This document shows, piece by piece, positions 48,918 to 62,587 of a DNA stretch of 64,000 bases; the stretch's first letter is position 1, and each line of letters begins with the position of its first letter. Location: the NCBI GenBank assembly GCA_963514005.1, contig OY740799.1, positions 27,466,001 through 27,530,000 on the forward strand. The letters are read 5' to 3'. Below the pieces are notes generated by a model, which was given only the letters and a program-made list of their open reading frames with translations, made no database searches and was not told the origin of the DNA. The DNA comes from Raja brachyura (taxonomy: Eukaryota). A program made the position numbers and the translations under genes.

Positions 48918-49706
48918 TACATGTCATATTTAACCAATATTAATATTTGGATAACTTAATAGTACTTGTACAGTATTTGGGTGCATTGGTATTTCAACAT
49001 ATCTTTCAGGAGGTTGAATTCTGGAGATTGAAAACTTAAACAAACATATATATGGTTTTGTTTAATCCAGTAGAAAACTTATTTTAACTCAAGTCTCTTA
49101 ACAGTGTTGACAGCCACCTCAGCCCGAGTACAGCTTCACATATTTTCAGAGTAATCTATAGGATTTATGATCAAAAACAATGTATGATTTTTGGTCAGAG
49201 CCATCTTCTTTCAGGGAGTTCTCATTGCATTATCTGTTCCTATAACAATCAGTTTAAAAAAGTTAGACGAGCGTCATAATTTAAGAACATTATTAATTGG
49301 GGCGTCTGGATTTGTAATGACATTTACAGAAGGTAAATGGTGTGAAGAAGTAAGAAACCTCAGAATTTAGTACCGAGACAAATTGATGATCCATTCTTTA
49401 CTTAGAAAACTAAAAAGTAGCCTTTATCACTTCAAATGCCTATAATGGAACATGCTGACTAAATACATGAGACCTCTACCAACATGAGATTTTTCAATGT
49501 TCCTAGACCACTAAATGACACTAACAGGTTTCCATCCAGTAGGACAATAGAAATGACAATCAATCTTGGTAGCTATTGTGAGAATAGTTGGGGCAAGGTT
49601 CAGTCTGCTAAAACTGCAGTTTGATTTCAGTTGGAGAGAAGTGTTGTGGACCCCACATAACCCAGTGGAAAGCAGTTAGACCACAATACCAAATGGTTCT
49701 TCCTAC

Positions 49707-49839
49707 CGTTTAGCGCTAAGTGGCTCTTCCATTTCTACAGGGATCTCTTCTTGTTGGAATTGAAAATCTTCAATATACTCTGAAAACTTTTCAAAGAACC
49801 ATTTTTGAATCTTGGAGTAGAATGTCCTACCACGTTTTT
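49707..49839 (-). CDS. GRAMD4: GRAMD4 coding exon
   Basis: ttttccag|..|gtagga; 133 nt; EKRGRTFYSKIQKWFFEKFSEYIEDFQFQQEEIPVEMEEPLSAKR. Confidence 0.95.
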
Positions 49840-50329
49840 CTGGAAAATTTCAAAACAAGAGATAATTAGAACGGACCAACATTTCTTTCAAATGCAACAA
49901 AAGTCTTGCTGCAGTATTAACTTCTTTTGTAGGTCAATTCTTGAAACAGATTAATTATAGTTTTCTACTTTTTAATGGAATATTTCTCATCCTCAGTCTA
50001 TTTCAGTTTGTCACATAAATACTTTGTACTAAAATTCAAATGTTGCATCATGCATGGCAAATCTAGCTTCTCTGATTACTTTTGCAACATCCAATTTTAT
50101 ATTATATCTTCCAGAAAAGATTTTTATAGAAGGAAAATAAAGAGATTATTGCTTTTATGTCATGTTCCATTGTGCGCAGAGGTACTTTTTCCCCTGCTGA
50201 TAGGTTAATGACCTAATTTAATTGGAGATATTATAATTGAACTTGCAAGGCTATAACTCTAATACTTCGAAGAGGAGGGAGGTTCTATTAGATCAGAATT
50301 AATACAGTTTATTGATTACTTTTACCTCT

Positions 50330-52190
50330 TTCTTTGGAAGCTCATCGAGCTTGGGGATGACTTCCTTCCACTCCACATCTATGAAGTCAATGAGAACAGA
50401 AAAAGCCAACATGGCCCTACTTCAGGTAGATTAAGAGACAGGTGGAAAGTTTGGTGCACCTCTTATACCATTTACTCTGGGTTTTTAATGCTCCCGATGA
50501 AGTATCTGTAGGTTTTCAATATCAACCCCTTATTATGAGTGATCTCGGGGCAGGGATTCACACGAGTAATTTTGGACGTGACAATTATTCAAATATGGAT
50601 TTGAGATATGCTTGAATTGTTTCATCTCAAAATCTCTTACCATAAAAGGCTGAGGATAGAGTGCCTATTTCAGGAGACTGATGTCAGACATGCGAGTGAC
50701 ATCACCTGCCCATGGGAGCCCGCTTGTTATTAGTTGCTTAATACTGGGGATGTTGTCCTAAGGGACACGCTGACATTGATACGTTTATCCTGCCGAGGGG
50801 GGTTTGTTGTCAGAGGCCAGTGAAATGCAGCTGGGGCAGACCGATCGAGGACCTTTTTCTTTGCACATGTTAAAGGCAAGAACCATTCTTTTGTACACTT
50901 CATGGAATGAGTTGATGACACAGTGTTCGGTCTTCAACCATTTGCCAACTGCAACTCAATGACAGAGATTGAAATAACCTTGGCTTGGAACAGAGGCAAT
51001 GTGGATCAAAGCAATTTGCATTTATCCAGTAGATCAGCTCCATTCTCCATTTCAACAAAAGCTAGTAAGAATAGTGGTGCAGCATTGCAACTAGAAAGAA
51101 TGATAAAATTGCTTGATGCCAGGCAGTTATGGATTTGCAGGTTAAGATCGAAGCTTATACCGCCATGTAGTATTCACAAGATGGAGACACATTTCTATAA
51201 GCAGTCAAATTAGAGAAGTATGCTCCGTCGAACAACTCAACTGAAAGTGGTCAAAGAATTTTGTGACATAAGACACAACATGTGGCTAATGAGGTCCGTC
51301 ATATTTCTCTTGAAGTGGAAACCGGCGAAGGTCCAATCAGCCTCTAGTTAGATGATTAATGCTGCGATTTGAGAAGATGACTGAGGAGGAACCTAGCAAT
51401 GACATTCCTGGAGGTGACAACCGAGAGACCATCTGCAGTTGCTTCTGTGATGTAGGACAGGGTTTCTTCAAGGTCAGAGTGGAGGTTTACATTACAACGA
51501 GCAGATGGGATCATGAGATGTTCATGTATCTCATCAGGGAGTTGCTAAGACTCAACAGAAGCTCATTCTTAATAAAACCCCACAGAGACAGCATTCCTCG
51601 ACTGGTTTGTCCTTCCAGCAGGATTTATACCCACCAGGATTTCTGAGCTGGTCATTTTCTGCCCACCATGCCTTACAAAGAGCAACAACATCAATGACAA
51701 CGTATCCGATAATGCCAGTGAAGCAATATTCAGCTCTGTCATACTTGGGGTATCGATGAGGTTCCCCATATTTTATGTGCTGTCCTTTACATCGAGGACA
51801 TACAGGTGCCAGTTTGTGCATTTTTAAGCATGTGACCATCAGTGAAGTAAAGGGAGCTGGTATTGGTCAGTGACAGTACGATCCACTGTATGGGCACCTG
51901 TAGGTATGTACACACCCACATTCGACTGGGCTGAGGCACAAATACTCTTGCTCACTGCCTAATCCAGTGCAATGACTTATTGGATCAATGCTTATTCGCC
52001 GAGTTCCCCGAGATGCTGCCTGACACGCTGAATTACACCAGCACTGTGTGTCATTTTTCCACTGCCATGCACATGGCCACCTGTATCCCTTTTGTTCATG
52101 GCTCTCCCGGTTCCTGAATTTCCTGTCACTGAGTGTCTCACCAACATCCAACCGTGGTCATGGTCTACCAATGCTTTGGAGGTCTCATCG
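50330..52190 (-). mobile_element. Highly decayed RTE (BovB-like) LINE
   Basis: Residual endonuclease peptide YVVIDVVALCKAWWAENDQLRNPGGYKSCWKDKP (RTE pattern IDIAALSETR..GQL..GYTFFWKGKP); RTE-like 3' end ggggatgacttccttccac. Confidence 0.6.
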
Positions 52191-53019
52191 AATCATTTTA
52201 AAGTTGTATTTTAAAAATGTATTTATATAATATTTTTCAAACACTCGATGCTGCAAAGTCAATGAAATACTTTTGATTTAAATCAATGTGATGATAAAAC
52301 AGCAGTAAATGTATATCCAGGATACATGTTGATTTGTTTTAGTGGTTTTGAGAGATAAAAATAAATAAATACTATAACATTTTCTTCTTTAAATAGTGCA
52401 ATAGGGTTGTTTAAATTCACATGGAAAAGCAGGTAGTCGCTTGACTAATGTTTCATCCAAAATCACCTATATTTTTCTCTCTAATATCCAAGATAATATG
52501 TGCAAGTTGTTTGAGAGAAGAGTTGAACTTAAGACATCTGGCCCTGCAGCAACGGATGCCAACTTTGCTATCATGCAACGGTTAAAATAACGTTCCCCTT
52601 ATCAGGACACAAAGTTAATCTGTAGGTTTACAAAGATTGCAGTATGAGGTTAGTGTCATGATACTGGAGTAAAAAATGGTTTATAGATCAGCACCCTAAA
52701 AATGTATTATATTAGATAACCAAATGATAACATCACAAAAATTGTATCATTTTTCAGCTACAGCAAGTTATATGCAAAACCATAACTTCTTGTCTAAGTC
52801 TGACCCTTCCGACAGGCTTACATATGAAACCACAACCAGAAATTCTAATGATTTAACATTTAGAATGGCCTTCACATTTCAATTCTGAAGAAATTGCTTT
52901 ATCAATATGGAAACACAATTTGCTACCAGCCTAAAGATTTAGCAGCAAAATTAGATTTAGTTTGTATTATTGGAATGTGCAAAAATACCTTAAAAAACAC
53001 AATCAAATTCTTGAAACAT

Positions 53020-53590
53020 GCTAACTATCCTGAATCAATCCTTGCCTTCTCAAATGCAAATATATCCTGTTTCATAGAATCCCTTCCTATAACTTTCCCA
53101 CCACTGCTACGAGGCTCATCAGTCTGTTATTCCCCGACTTATCTCTGCTGCTCTTCCTAAATAACGGAACCACATTAGCTATCCTACAGCCTTCTGATAC
53201 CCCACCCATGGTCAACAAATATATAGAAATCTCTGCCACAATCACAGCATTCTCCTACCTTATTTCCCATTAACATCCTAGGATACATGTGGTCAGGTCC
53301 TAATGCATTCCATGTCTTCCAACACCTCCCCCTTCGAGAGGTTGATATCTTCTAGGATATTCCCTCACTTTCAGTGTCTCCTCAGATAGATAACCACACT
53401 GATCTTTAACAGGACCTACTCCCTCCCAAGTTACCCATTTACTCTTAATATCTTTATAGAATCATTTAGGGTTCTCATCTATATTAACTGCCAGGGTTGG
53501 CATATTTTCCTCCTCCTAATTTACTCTTAAGTGTACTTTTACATCCTTTATACTCTTCAAGGCACTAGCTTGATTCCAGCTGTCTGTAAC
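53020..53590 (-). mobile_element. Decayed CR1 fragment
   Basis: Colinear similarity to 20500-21050 (aacggaaccacattagct, ggtcaggtcct..). Confidence 0.6.
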
Positions 53591-53599
53591 TGACAAACC

Positions 53600-53750
53600 T
53601 TTTCCCTGTATGTCTTTGGAGTGTGGGAGGAAACTCGAGCACCCGGAGAACATTCATGCAGTCACAAAAAGGTACAAACTCCGTGCAGACAGCCCCCAAA
53701 GTCAGGATCGAACCAGGATCTCTGGCGCTGTATCTACCGCTACGCCACTG
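53600..53750 (-). mobile_element. HE1/V-SINE 5' fragment
   Basis: gtctttggagtgtgggaggaaact..tacaaactccgt..ggatcgaacc. Confidence 0.8.
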
Positions 53751-55759
53751 TACCTGAGCATTAATCAATGTAAAATGAAGACAGCATGGTACAATGATGG
53801 TAGGTTGGTGAAACTTTGCTGCTAAAATTATCCGTTCTTCATTTCATACCATAACTTGTGATTGCCTATATTCATAGCCAGTAGGTAAATGTCTCCATCA
53901 TGAACAAGTACTCATAAAATAGCTTCTCAAAAATGGAAATTAAATTCATTTACCTCAAAATATTTCAAAGATTTGCTAATATTTTTGATGAGTGCACTCA
54001 TTGTGAACCACTATTTGAAAGACATGCAGGAACTGTGTGCTTAAATACACAGAATTAGAAAGTAAATAGTCAGTGGTTATCAATAAGTATTAGTAAAGAT
54101 TTGTACAAGAAATTAAACAGTTTCAAAATATCAAAGAGGCAGCACTACAATTGGTTTTCCAGATTTTTAAACCAAGAATAAAATATAAACATCTATATTT
54201 ATAAGCAACAACAATAATGTGAAATCCCACCAGGAACATAATAGGTGCTGATCTTAGAGTGAGAGATATTTTCAGTATGCAATGTTCCAGATTTAGAATC
54301 CAAAGCAATCAGCAAAGGTTAAGAACACATTTATCTTACTCTCTCAAAAGTAAAAATAAATATCTTACATTGACTTAAACATGAAACATTGATCAAATAA
54401 GGTAACTAAAATTAAATCAGCAAAAAACTTGCAAATAATTTTAGATATCCTGAAGGATAAATTCACACATTTTCATAATTAGTGAGTCACAGTGAGTAAT
54501 GCAGTTGCATGCTGAGAAACGTTACACATGCTTATATTTGGGCATCAAGTGAATTACATGCAGAGTGAAAGGTCTTGGAAAAGCATCAATGGAAAATCCA
54601 AGCTTTTCAGAGAATTTCTGTTGGGCCTTCAAATTTGCAATATATTGACGATAAGACATGACAGCTTTAGATTAAATTTGTGTTATGTTTTTTTTTGAAG
54701 TATGCATTTTTTTAGATAAGATACAAACCTTACTTTAAACACTTAAGTCAGCAGGCTGAACAAGAAAAATGACAGATTAAAAAATAATTTTGAGCGATCA
54801 GTTATTAATCTTCTATCTCTAACTTGAATGCTGTCAATTAGCTTATCTGGGCACAGTTTTATTTCTCAAAACAAATTCAACAATAAATTTGCCAATTTCA
54901 CTGAATTCTTCAAAAAAGTAAATTGCAAACTATAACCAAATCCATTCAAGATCGATCATCTTTATAAAACCATGATAGTTTTCACTATCGTAACATTTCA
55001 GCTTCTGATTTGTTTATTCCGCATCTTTCCAATCATAGTTTGATTTACTTTAAAAGTTAATGAAGCCAGAGTTTGATGAGAAAGTGACAGACAGTTGCAA
55101 TTTTATGTAGATTTTAAGCTAAGTTTGGATTATTAATTACATGATAGAATTCCATATTTGCATTTGATGGGGCATGAATTCATCTTTATCAAAAAATTTT
55201 TTTTATTTGACTTGAATAACAAATGAATGTTGAATTTAAGTTGAATTTAAGATTTTATGCACTCAAAGCCGAGTAGGTACTTTCTACACAAGTCTTAAAC
55301 AATTTTTCTTTTACACTGAATTTATCAAATATTTTTCAACATGGTTGCAGCCTCAAATTGATTTTTAATTTACCATTTTGGAGGCACTTCCAATAATCAA
55401 GCATCCCTAGATAATGCTAGGATTGATGCAAAATAGTACCCCCTGCCTCTAAAATGCACTCAAAGACCAGACAGGACCTCAGAAAATAATTCCCACCTGA
55501 TCTATTTTCCATTACCATATAAAGCCAATCTCTCAGCATCAAGACACAATAGAGCTGCAAATTACATTTGGGATTATAAGAGACTGCTCACACTCCTTTC
55601 AACCCACACCATTAATACTCTGGAAAGATCCATCATGAATTATAGATTTACATTTGTACGTTTTTAAATTGTCAAAGTAAATTCTTTCATATTGTCATCT
55701 ATAACTAATATACCTTTACTAGCACTGCATTGATCTTGCCAAAATCAAATATAAATTAC

Positions 55760-55818
55760 CTGTTCCATTCACTGAAGTTTGCACTTTTACAGACTGTTGA
55801 CTTGATGTATCCTCACCT
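55760..55818 (-). CDS. GRAMD4: GRAMD4 coding exon
   Basis: ctctttcag|..|gtaatt; 59 nt; GEDTSSQQSVKVQTSVNGT; phases fit both neighbours; low-conservation linker. Confidence 0.85.
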
Positions 55819-56172
55819 CTGAAAGAGGAAACATATACTAAAGAATTTGCAACAATGCCTCAATTAATTAGATGACCAGATATAAATAACTTTCACATAT
55901 AACCTCAAGCTCTCACAAACTTTCAACAAAATTGTTTTTTGAAATGCTGAACTTATCATTACCCAGTACTTGTCACATAACTCACTGCCACATAAACACC
56001 ATACAATGATTCTTTATTTCTCCAGAAGGATTTTATGGTAAAAGGAAACCAATTCTATTGATGGGACTTCCAGAAGGAATTAAAAATTTACATTGCCAAC
56101 ACAGCCCATATAGTGATTCTTTATTTCTCCAGAAGAATTTTATTGTAATAAAAAAACATTGCTATTGATGGG

Positions 56173-56267
56173 GGGTACACAAAAGGCTGGAGAAACTCAG
56201 CGGTGCAGCAGCATCTAAGGAGCGAAGGAGATAGGCAACGTTTCGGGCCGAAACCCTTCTTCAGACT
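56173..56267 (-). mobile_element. 95-bp Penelope-type mini-element with intact hammerhead-like core
   Basis: Perfect 15-bp TSD attgctattgatggg at 56158-56172 and 56268-56282; minus-strand CTGAAGA-A-GGGT-TTCG-GCCC-GAAACGTT. Confidence 0.8.
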
Positions 56268-56539
56268 ATTGCTATTGATGGGATTTACAGGACGGATAAA
56301 AATTTGACACAATCATTACTATTCTCTTCTTAGTCCAATGCTTCACAGAGATGCACTGTTAGCTGAGACAGCACTGAGAACCAAAGTTCAGTAACACTAC
56401 GAGAACCTTCCATGAAGTCTAGACAATTCTAATTGTGTATCTAATATTAGGTAAACTAAATAAGGAGCTGAAAGCTAAAATCATAAAAAGATGGACTCTA
56501 TACTCAAGGACACTTCAAGATCAAGAGGTCATGGTTTAG

Positions 56540-56855
56540 AGTCATCGTCATACAGCGTGGAAATAGACCCTCCAGCCCAACTTGCACACCAACTACACTC
56601 GTACCACCTGCCTGCGTTTGGCCCATATCCCTCCAAACCTGTCCAATTCATGTACCTGTCTGTTTCTTAAACATTGCGATAGTCTCTGCCTCAATCACCT
56701 CCTCTGGCAGTTCGTTCCATACATCCACCACCCTTTGTGTGAAAAAGTTAACTTCCAGATTCCTCTTAAATCGTTTCCCCTTCACCTTAAACTGTCCTCT
56801 GGCCCTCGATTTCCCTACTCTGGGCAAGAGACTATTCATCTACTCGATCTATTCC
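56540..56855 (-). mobile_element. CR1 3' end
   Basis: RGQFKVKGKRFKRNLEVNFFTQRVVDVWNELPEEV. Confidence 0.85.
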
Positions 56856-57606
56856 TGTGAAGTATCGTCGGTGAATTTAAAGATGTCATTGGAGCAGAGT
56901 CTGGCCACATATTCATGGGAATTATTAGAGTAGAGATGACTTTATATTATCTCATGCTATATTGTATTCCTTCTCAGTATTAGCTAAACAGTACAGACCA
57001 CCATCAACAATGTCTTTACCCACCTATGATCCCCATTCTGGTATAATCTGCTGTTTCTGTGTGGTTTATAGTGCAGACTATTAAACCAAGTTATCATTTG
57101 TATTCCTATCACTGTGGAGCACCTCTTTCCTCTCGTCAGACCAGTATTCTTTACCACCACCCTGCTTTCCTCCGTCATTATTCACCTGACAACGATGGTG
57201 TTGTCGGCAAATTTAAAACTTCTACTGATACCACTGAAAAATTTAACTTTCAGATTAAATTAGCTTTTTAAAAAATATATATGAATGTTACTATGTGTGA
57301 ATTGGAAGATTAATTTAGAATTGATCCTGACTGCTGTGACTGATGCCCACTTGAAGAGACTACTGCTGTAGAACCAGGTTTGTAAGAATTGGTAGACAAT
57401 GTAAATTCTATGAAAGCCGATACGCTTCTTACATTTTTTTTACTAATCTGCATTCACAATTTAAACAAAAAAACATTTCTAAAACTAATTCAAAAGTAAA
57501 GGTGAAAGTTCATCCTTTCCACATGGCAATTCTTAGCACTTGAAGTGTTAACAATTTTATCAGTACAGAAACACAATCTTGGATTATCTTTTTATATCAG
57601 TTGTAC

Positions 57607-57727
57607 CTGACTTTAAGCACATCAGAAATTTTCTGTTCCAAATCTATTCGTTTTAATTTTTCTTTTTCAAGTTCTTGCTTTAGAGTTTCAGCATTTGTCT
57701 CTTCTCTAAGTTTCCGTAGTTCCTCCT
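57607..57727 (-). CDS. GRAMD4: GRAMD4 coding exon (most 5' in window; coiled-coil region)
   Basis: ttttcctacacag|AG..GTCAG|gtacaa; 121 nt; translates EELRKLREETNAETLKQELEKEKLKRIDLEQKISDVLKVR, matching recalled human GRAMD4 EELRKLREETNAEMLRQELDRERQRRMELEQKVQEVLKAR. Confidence 0.95.
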
Positions 57728-59918
57728 CTGTGTAGGAAAATAAATAGAAAGCAGACTTTAATAGGAGTGACTGGTTTTACAATATATTCAGCTCTTCGAA
57801 GTAGTAAATCAAAGTAATTGTATTATAAATATCTATGATAGTTTATAAACCTCATGTGGCCTTCATGGGCCAATTCCCATTACATGCTTGAACTGGGTGA
57901 ACTTTATATTAGCTGACAGAATAAAATATTAACCTACATTTAAAAAAATTAAACGTAAGCATTAAATTCCTTTTTTCAGCTGCTGATTATTGTATTTAAA
58001 ATAAAATGACTACTATTTGGATTAAACAAAGAAAACAACCTTTCTTTCAATATTATGTTCTAATCATGTGGGCAGACAAATCACTGGGTAATCAGTGTGA
58101 AAGATTGACCACAAGATGGTGCACAGGATTCATGCAGGTGAACTCACTTCCTCACCCACCATGCATTTTGAGTATTCTCCGAGCTGCCGTTTCCCAGATG
58201 ACCTTCTATTGGATCTGCATCAGTATCATCACAAATCACATTTTCAATATCTCCCTTTTTCCTCTCTCATCATGTCATTACTGCAGACTTAAATAGAAAT
58301 GTCCCCATTCCAATTAAAAGGGAAAACTGTACAGCAGCTCATAGACATCATTTGTTGTTGTTGTTCTCAAGATACTGCACACAAGATCATGCAGAACCTA
58401 TGGAGAAATAAATAGTTAACATTTCTGATTAACGGTAATCAAACTGAAATGTTAAGTCATGGTTTTAAGCGGCACGCAAGTGTTGTAGTGCAAATGTATT
58501 ATCTCAACAGATCATGTTCACGTATCGTAATTCTGGTAAGGACACTACCCAACATCAGCAACATATTGCAAGCTATCTAACAACTCTATCAATGGCCAAT
58601 GAAAGAGGATAAGCAGCCTGGCGATGTGCCAATGCTCTAGCAAATAAACACAGCACAGGGTAGTGAAAGCTGTCCACGATGGATAGCACAAAGCATGTCA
58701 GTTTGTTGCACATGCACACAGTATTCCACTTCTGACATTCAATTCCAATATTATCAGGATGAACTTGTAGGCAATCTAGTTTTAAAACTGCAAATAAGGA
58801 GTTAACATTGGTGGCCCGAATATATTGAAATTAAATAAAATCAAATACAAACAATAAAAATAACACTGCACGATTAAATTAGTTTGAGAAATTAATAGAA
58901 TTCTTTTCTGATTGATGCTACCCTCAGCCAATTCCAAATCAAAAGGCTCTGAAGCAAAAGCTCAATGTACAAACTTAAGTGATGGCATGAAGTTTTGGTG
59001 GTATTGCAGGGTTGTTGAGACATGAAATCAATGCCAGTTCAGTTCTTTCCGGCACCCATAAGTCTGTATTAAAGAACATAAGGAAATTTCACCAACCATC
59101 AAAAGGCATCTTTTATTTTTCTTTCAACTGCCAAAGACAGTTCATTTCCCCATTAACCTGCTGTTTGAGATAACCCAATGTGCACAAACTGGTAGAACAC
59201 TTTCCTGTGCTGTCATAATTTGTGTGCATCAAAAGATGCTGGCTGTATTGCACTTTGAGCAACCCTGCATTCAAATAAATGTAGCTATTTTAACATTATT
59301 TCTTCCTTTGATTGAGTGATTAATACTGTCACTTTCTCATGAATAATATCACTGCAAAACATATCTTTGGAGAGTTACAAACATTACATTGATTCACATG
59401 CAGTATTGAGAGGCTATTTGGCTCACCGTGTCCATGACAATGACAGAGTACCTATCTAAATTAATCATATTTTAATTCTGTAGTCTTTATTGTTTTAATA
59501 GTAATAGTGGTAGATTAAGTGTTCTATGCTTTACTTTTGAAGCAACTGAAACTAGTGTACTTGGGGATCACCCATCAGCCAAACGGGTCTATATTTCCAA
59601 GTCTGTTGAACATTTTCAGCATCTTCTGTTTTTATTTCAAATTTCCAGCCTTCACAAGCATTGGTCCATCAGCAAGGTTAGCCACCAGATCAAAACATAT
59701 GTAAGTTACATTTATAAATTCTACCAAAAATAAAACCAGTGAAAAATCTTCAGTGGACCAACTTTGTTTGTTTCTTCAGTTTAACATTAATTATAGTAAG
59801 ACTCAACCAAATTTAATTTTAAGACACTAGAAAGATCACCACAGAAGTGTACTTCTGAGGGAAACAGCAATCCATGTAAACTAAAGCAACTATATTTTCA
59901 AGCCACCTGGATTTGATA

Positions 59919-60014
59919 GTCTGAAGAAGGGTCTCGACCCGAAACATCACCCATTCCTTCTCTCCAGTGATGCTGCCTGTCCTGCTGAGTTACTCCAGCC
60001 TTTTGCGTCTACCT
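59919..60014 (+). mobile_element. 96-bp Penelope-type mini-element with hammerhead-like core
   Basis: 11-bp TSD tggatttgata at 59908-59918 and 60015-60025; CTGAAGAAGGGTCTCGACCCGAAACATC. Confidence 0.8.
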
Positions 60015-61914
60015 TGGATTTGATATTCTTTGGGAGCCGAGTGCCAATGAGGTTCACAGAAAACACAGGCTGCTTTCCAAAAAACATGGTAAAGCATCAA
60101 GTTGTAGAAATTTACAATACGGGAGGCAATTCAGCCCAGAGTGCCTGTACAAAACACAAACTAACTACAGGTTAAACCTCCTCAGGTGATTCAATAAAAA
60201 GCAGAAAGTGAAACTTGAAGACAAGACATTGTATCTCCTCTAGAACATCCAATTCACTGAGAACAACTGCCTTTGTTTTTGTTTCGAAAATTGTTTAAGA
60301 CAATTTCAACTTTGTAACAGTCTCATCAAAGCTAATTACTGAGAGTTTCAATAGCTACTAGGAACAGGCATAGGACATGTAAAGTAATTGAGTCGAAAGA
60401 TCAGTAGGGAGATGGGAAGATGATATCTGGAGCTCATTGCCTGCAAGGATCGTTCATGCAGAAATCTTAAGCACTTTTACGTGACTGAATGCAAACGTGG
60501 GCGGCGACTTGCAGGCTTGGGAATCAAGATTGGAGGGGTAGGGAGTGTGGCAGCAAAGAGTGGTAGCACTCCACTTTGATCAGTACACAGACAAATAGAT
60601 CAAATTGCCTCCCCCAGTTTTAATTGAGATTGTGTTAATTATTGTTCCTGGGAGACTGTTCTATTTGAATACAGGATCATGCAAAGGCGATCCATTTCCC
60701 TTCCAAAAACATTTTCTCTTTGCAGCGTTTCAGGTCAAAATTCAAGTTTGAGTGTCAATGTACTCCAAACAAAAAAATAAACAATATGCACTTAAAAGAC
60801 TTGAGATGGCAGCAATGCCGACAGAATACAGGGCTACAAGAATTGAGAACCCTACAAACAGTAAACACTTACACTTTGCAACAAAAAAATAATTTTAAAG
60901 GATAGAGGAATGTCACTATTTCATGGCAATAATGTGTTGTAAGGTTCAATAAACAAAATGGCGAGTCTAGATTTAAACATTGCAAATCCTCTGATGACCC
61001 CATCACAGCATTGTACTGCAAACAGTGTCTGCAGTTGCCTAATTGATATTGAACTGACCTGCATAATCATTAAATCTTAGTGACTGTCGAATAGGATTAT
61101 ATCAACAGGACCATGCAGCTTTATATTCCATCAAGTACAATATGTAGAATTTAACATTTGCAAATAGTTCCTTCAACATCAGTACTCTGCTACCACTAAA
61201 TTTTAAAAATTCCCACAGAACTGGGAAGAACTTGTTTTTATTACAAGTTATACACTAAACACATCCCAATTCCGTAGCAGTGGAATTTCAAATTAGCATT
61301 AATCAATCAATTATAGGGTCATTAGCAAAGTGCATACCAGTAACAAAGATGTGGTTTGCAAAAATATATATTGTCTTTCATTATGAAATGCCTTGTCTCA
61401 TTCACACAATTATATTTTAATTAGATATGTTCGCACATTAGCTTCCTGCTTAATGTCACTCACATTCTAGTGAAAATTAGATTACAGCCTGCTTAGTGTG
61501 AACCACAATTCGATTTTATTGAAATTTGTACAACAAAGTAATAATTCCTAAATATTGAAATTGAGAGATGCTTCTTTTCACTTCTGATCTTTACAGGTCA
61601 GACACCATTTCCTGAGCAAAGAAAGAGCTGAGGAGAAAAAATAAATTCAGAGACAATGAGAATTTGAAATAAAACAGAAAATACTGGGCATTTTGAACTC
61701 CCTGAAATGTAAACTCTGTTTACATCTCAACTGATGCTGCTTGATTTTCTATTTATGGCAATTTATGTTGTATTTAAGAAACTAGTCGGTAAACGTCACT
61801 ATATATCAGAGTGGAAGAGAGACTCATATGAAAATCTTTTCTTTCTTGGCCACAACACACTCCACGAACAGTGAAATTTCTCTCAAGCAGGCTGCTGTTT
61901 GAACTCAGCATTAC

Positions 61915-62320
61915 ATAACCACAAACAGACAGAGTATAGAAGTGAGATCGACCGATTGACCAAACAGTGGCAGCACAATAACCTGGCTCTCAACACCAGC
62001 AAAACCAAGGAGCTGATTGTGGACTTCAGAAGGGGTAGGATGGGGACCCACAGTCCTGTTTATATCAACGGGTCGATGGTGGAAAGGGTCAAGAACTTCA
62101 AATTCCTGGGCGTGCATATTTCCGAAGATCTCTCCTGGTCCCAGAACACTGATGCAATCATAAAGAAAGCACATCAACGCCTCTACTTCCTGAGAAGATT
62201 ACGGAGAGTCGGTATGTCAAGGAGGACTCTCTCGAACTTCTATAGGTACACAGTAGAGAACATGCTGACCGGTTGCATCGTGGCTTGGTACGGCAACCTG
62301 AGCGTCCAGGAGCAGAAAAG
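61915..62320 (+). mobile_element. Rex1-like LINE RT C-terminal fragment
   Basis: NNLALNTSKTKELIVDFRR..FKFLGVHISEDLSW..KKAHQRLYFLRRLRR. Confidence 0.9.
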
Positions 62321-62329
62321 GGTGAAGAG

Positions 62330-62587
62330 AAGGTGGAGGGAGTGCTGGTGGATGAGCAGTTGGGGACGATGGGTGAGTGGTGGAATATTGCATTGGGGGA
62401 AAACAGGTTGCTTTGGGGGAAACAGGTGAGTGGTGGAATATTGCATTGGGGAAAAGGTTGCGCTGGGGTCCAGGCCTCCCATGTGGGCTATGGGTGAGTG
62501 GTGAAATATTACATTGGGGGAAATGGGTTCTGTTGGGGGACATGACCTCCCGTGTGACAGGGACCCAACGGGCCCCACTTGGTCTAG
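62330..62587 (+). mobile_element. Helitron-like 3' terminal fragment
   Basis: Three copies of ggtgagtggtg.aatatt.cattgggg, then hairpin gggaccc-aac-gggcccc and CTAG|T end. Confidence 0.65.
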
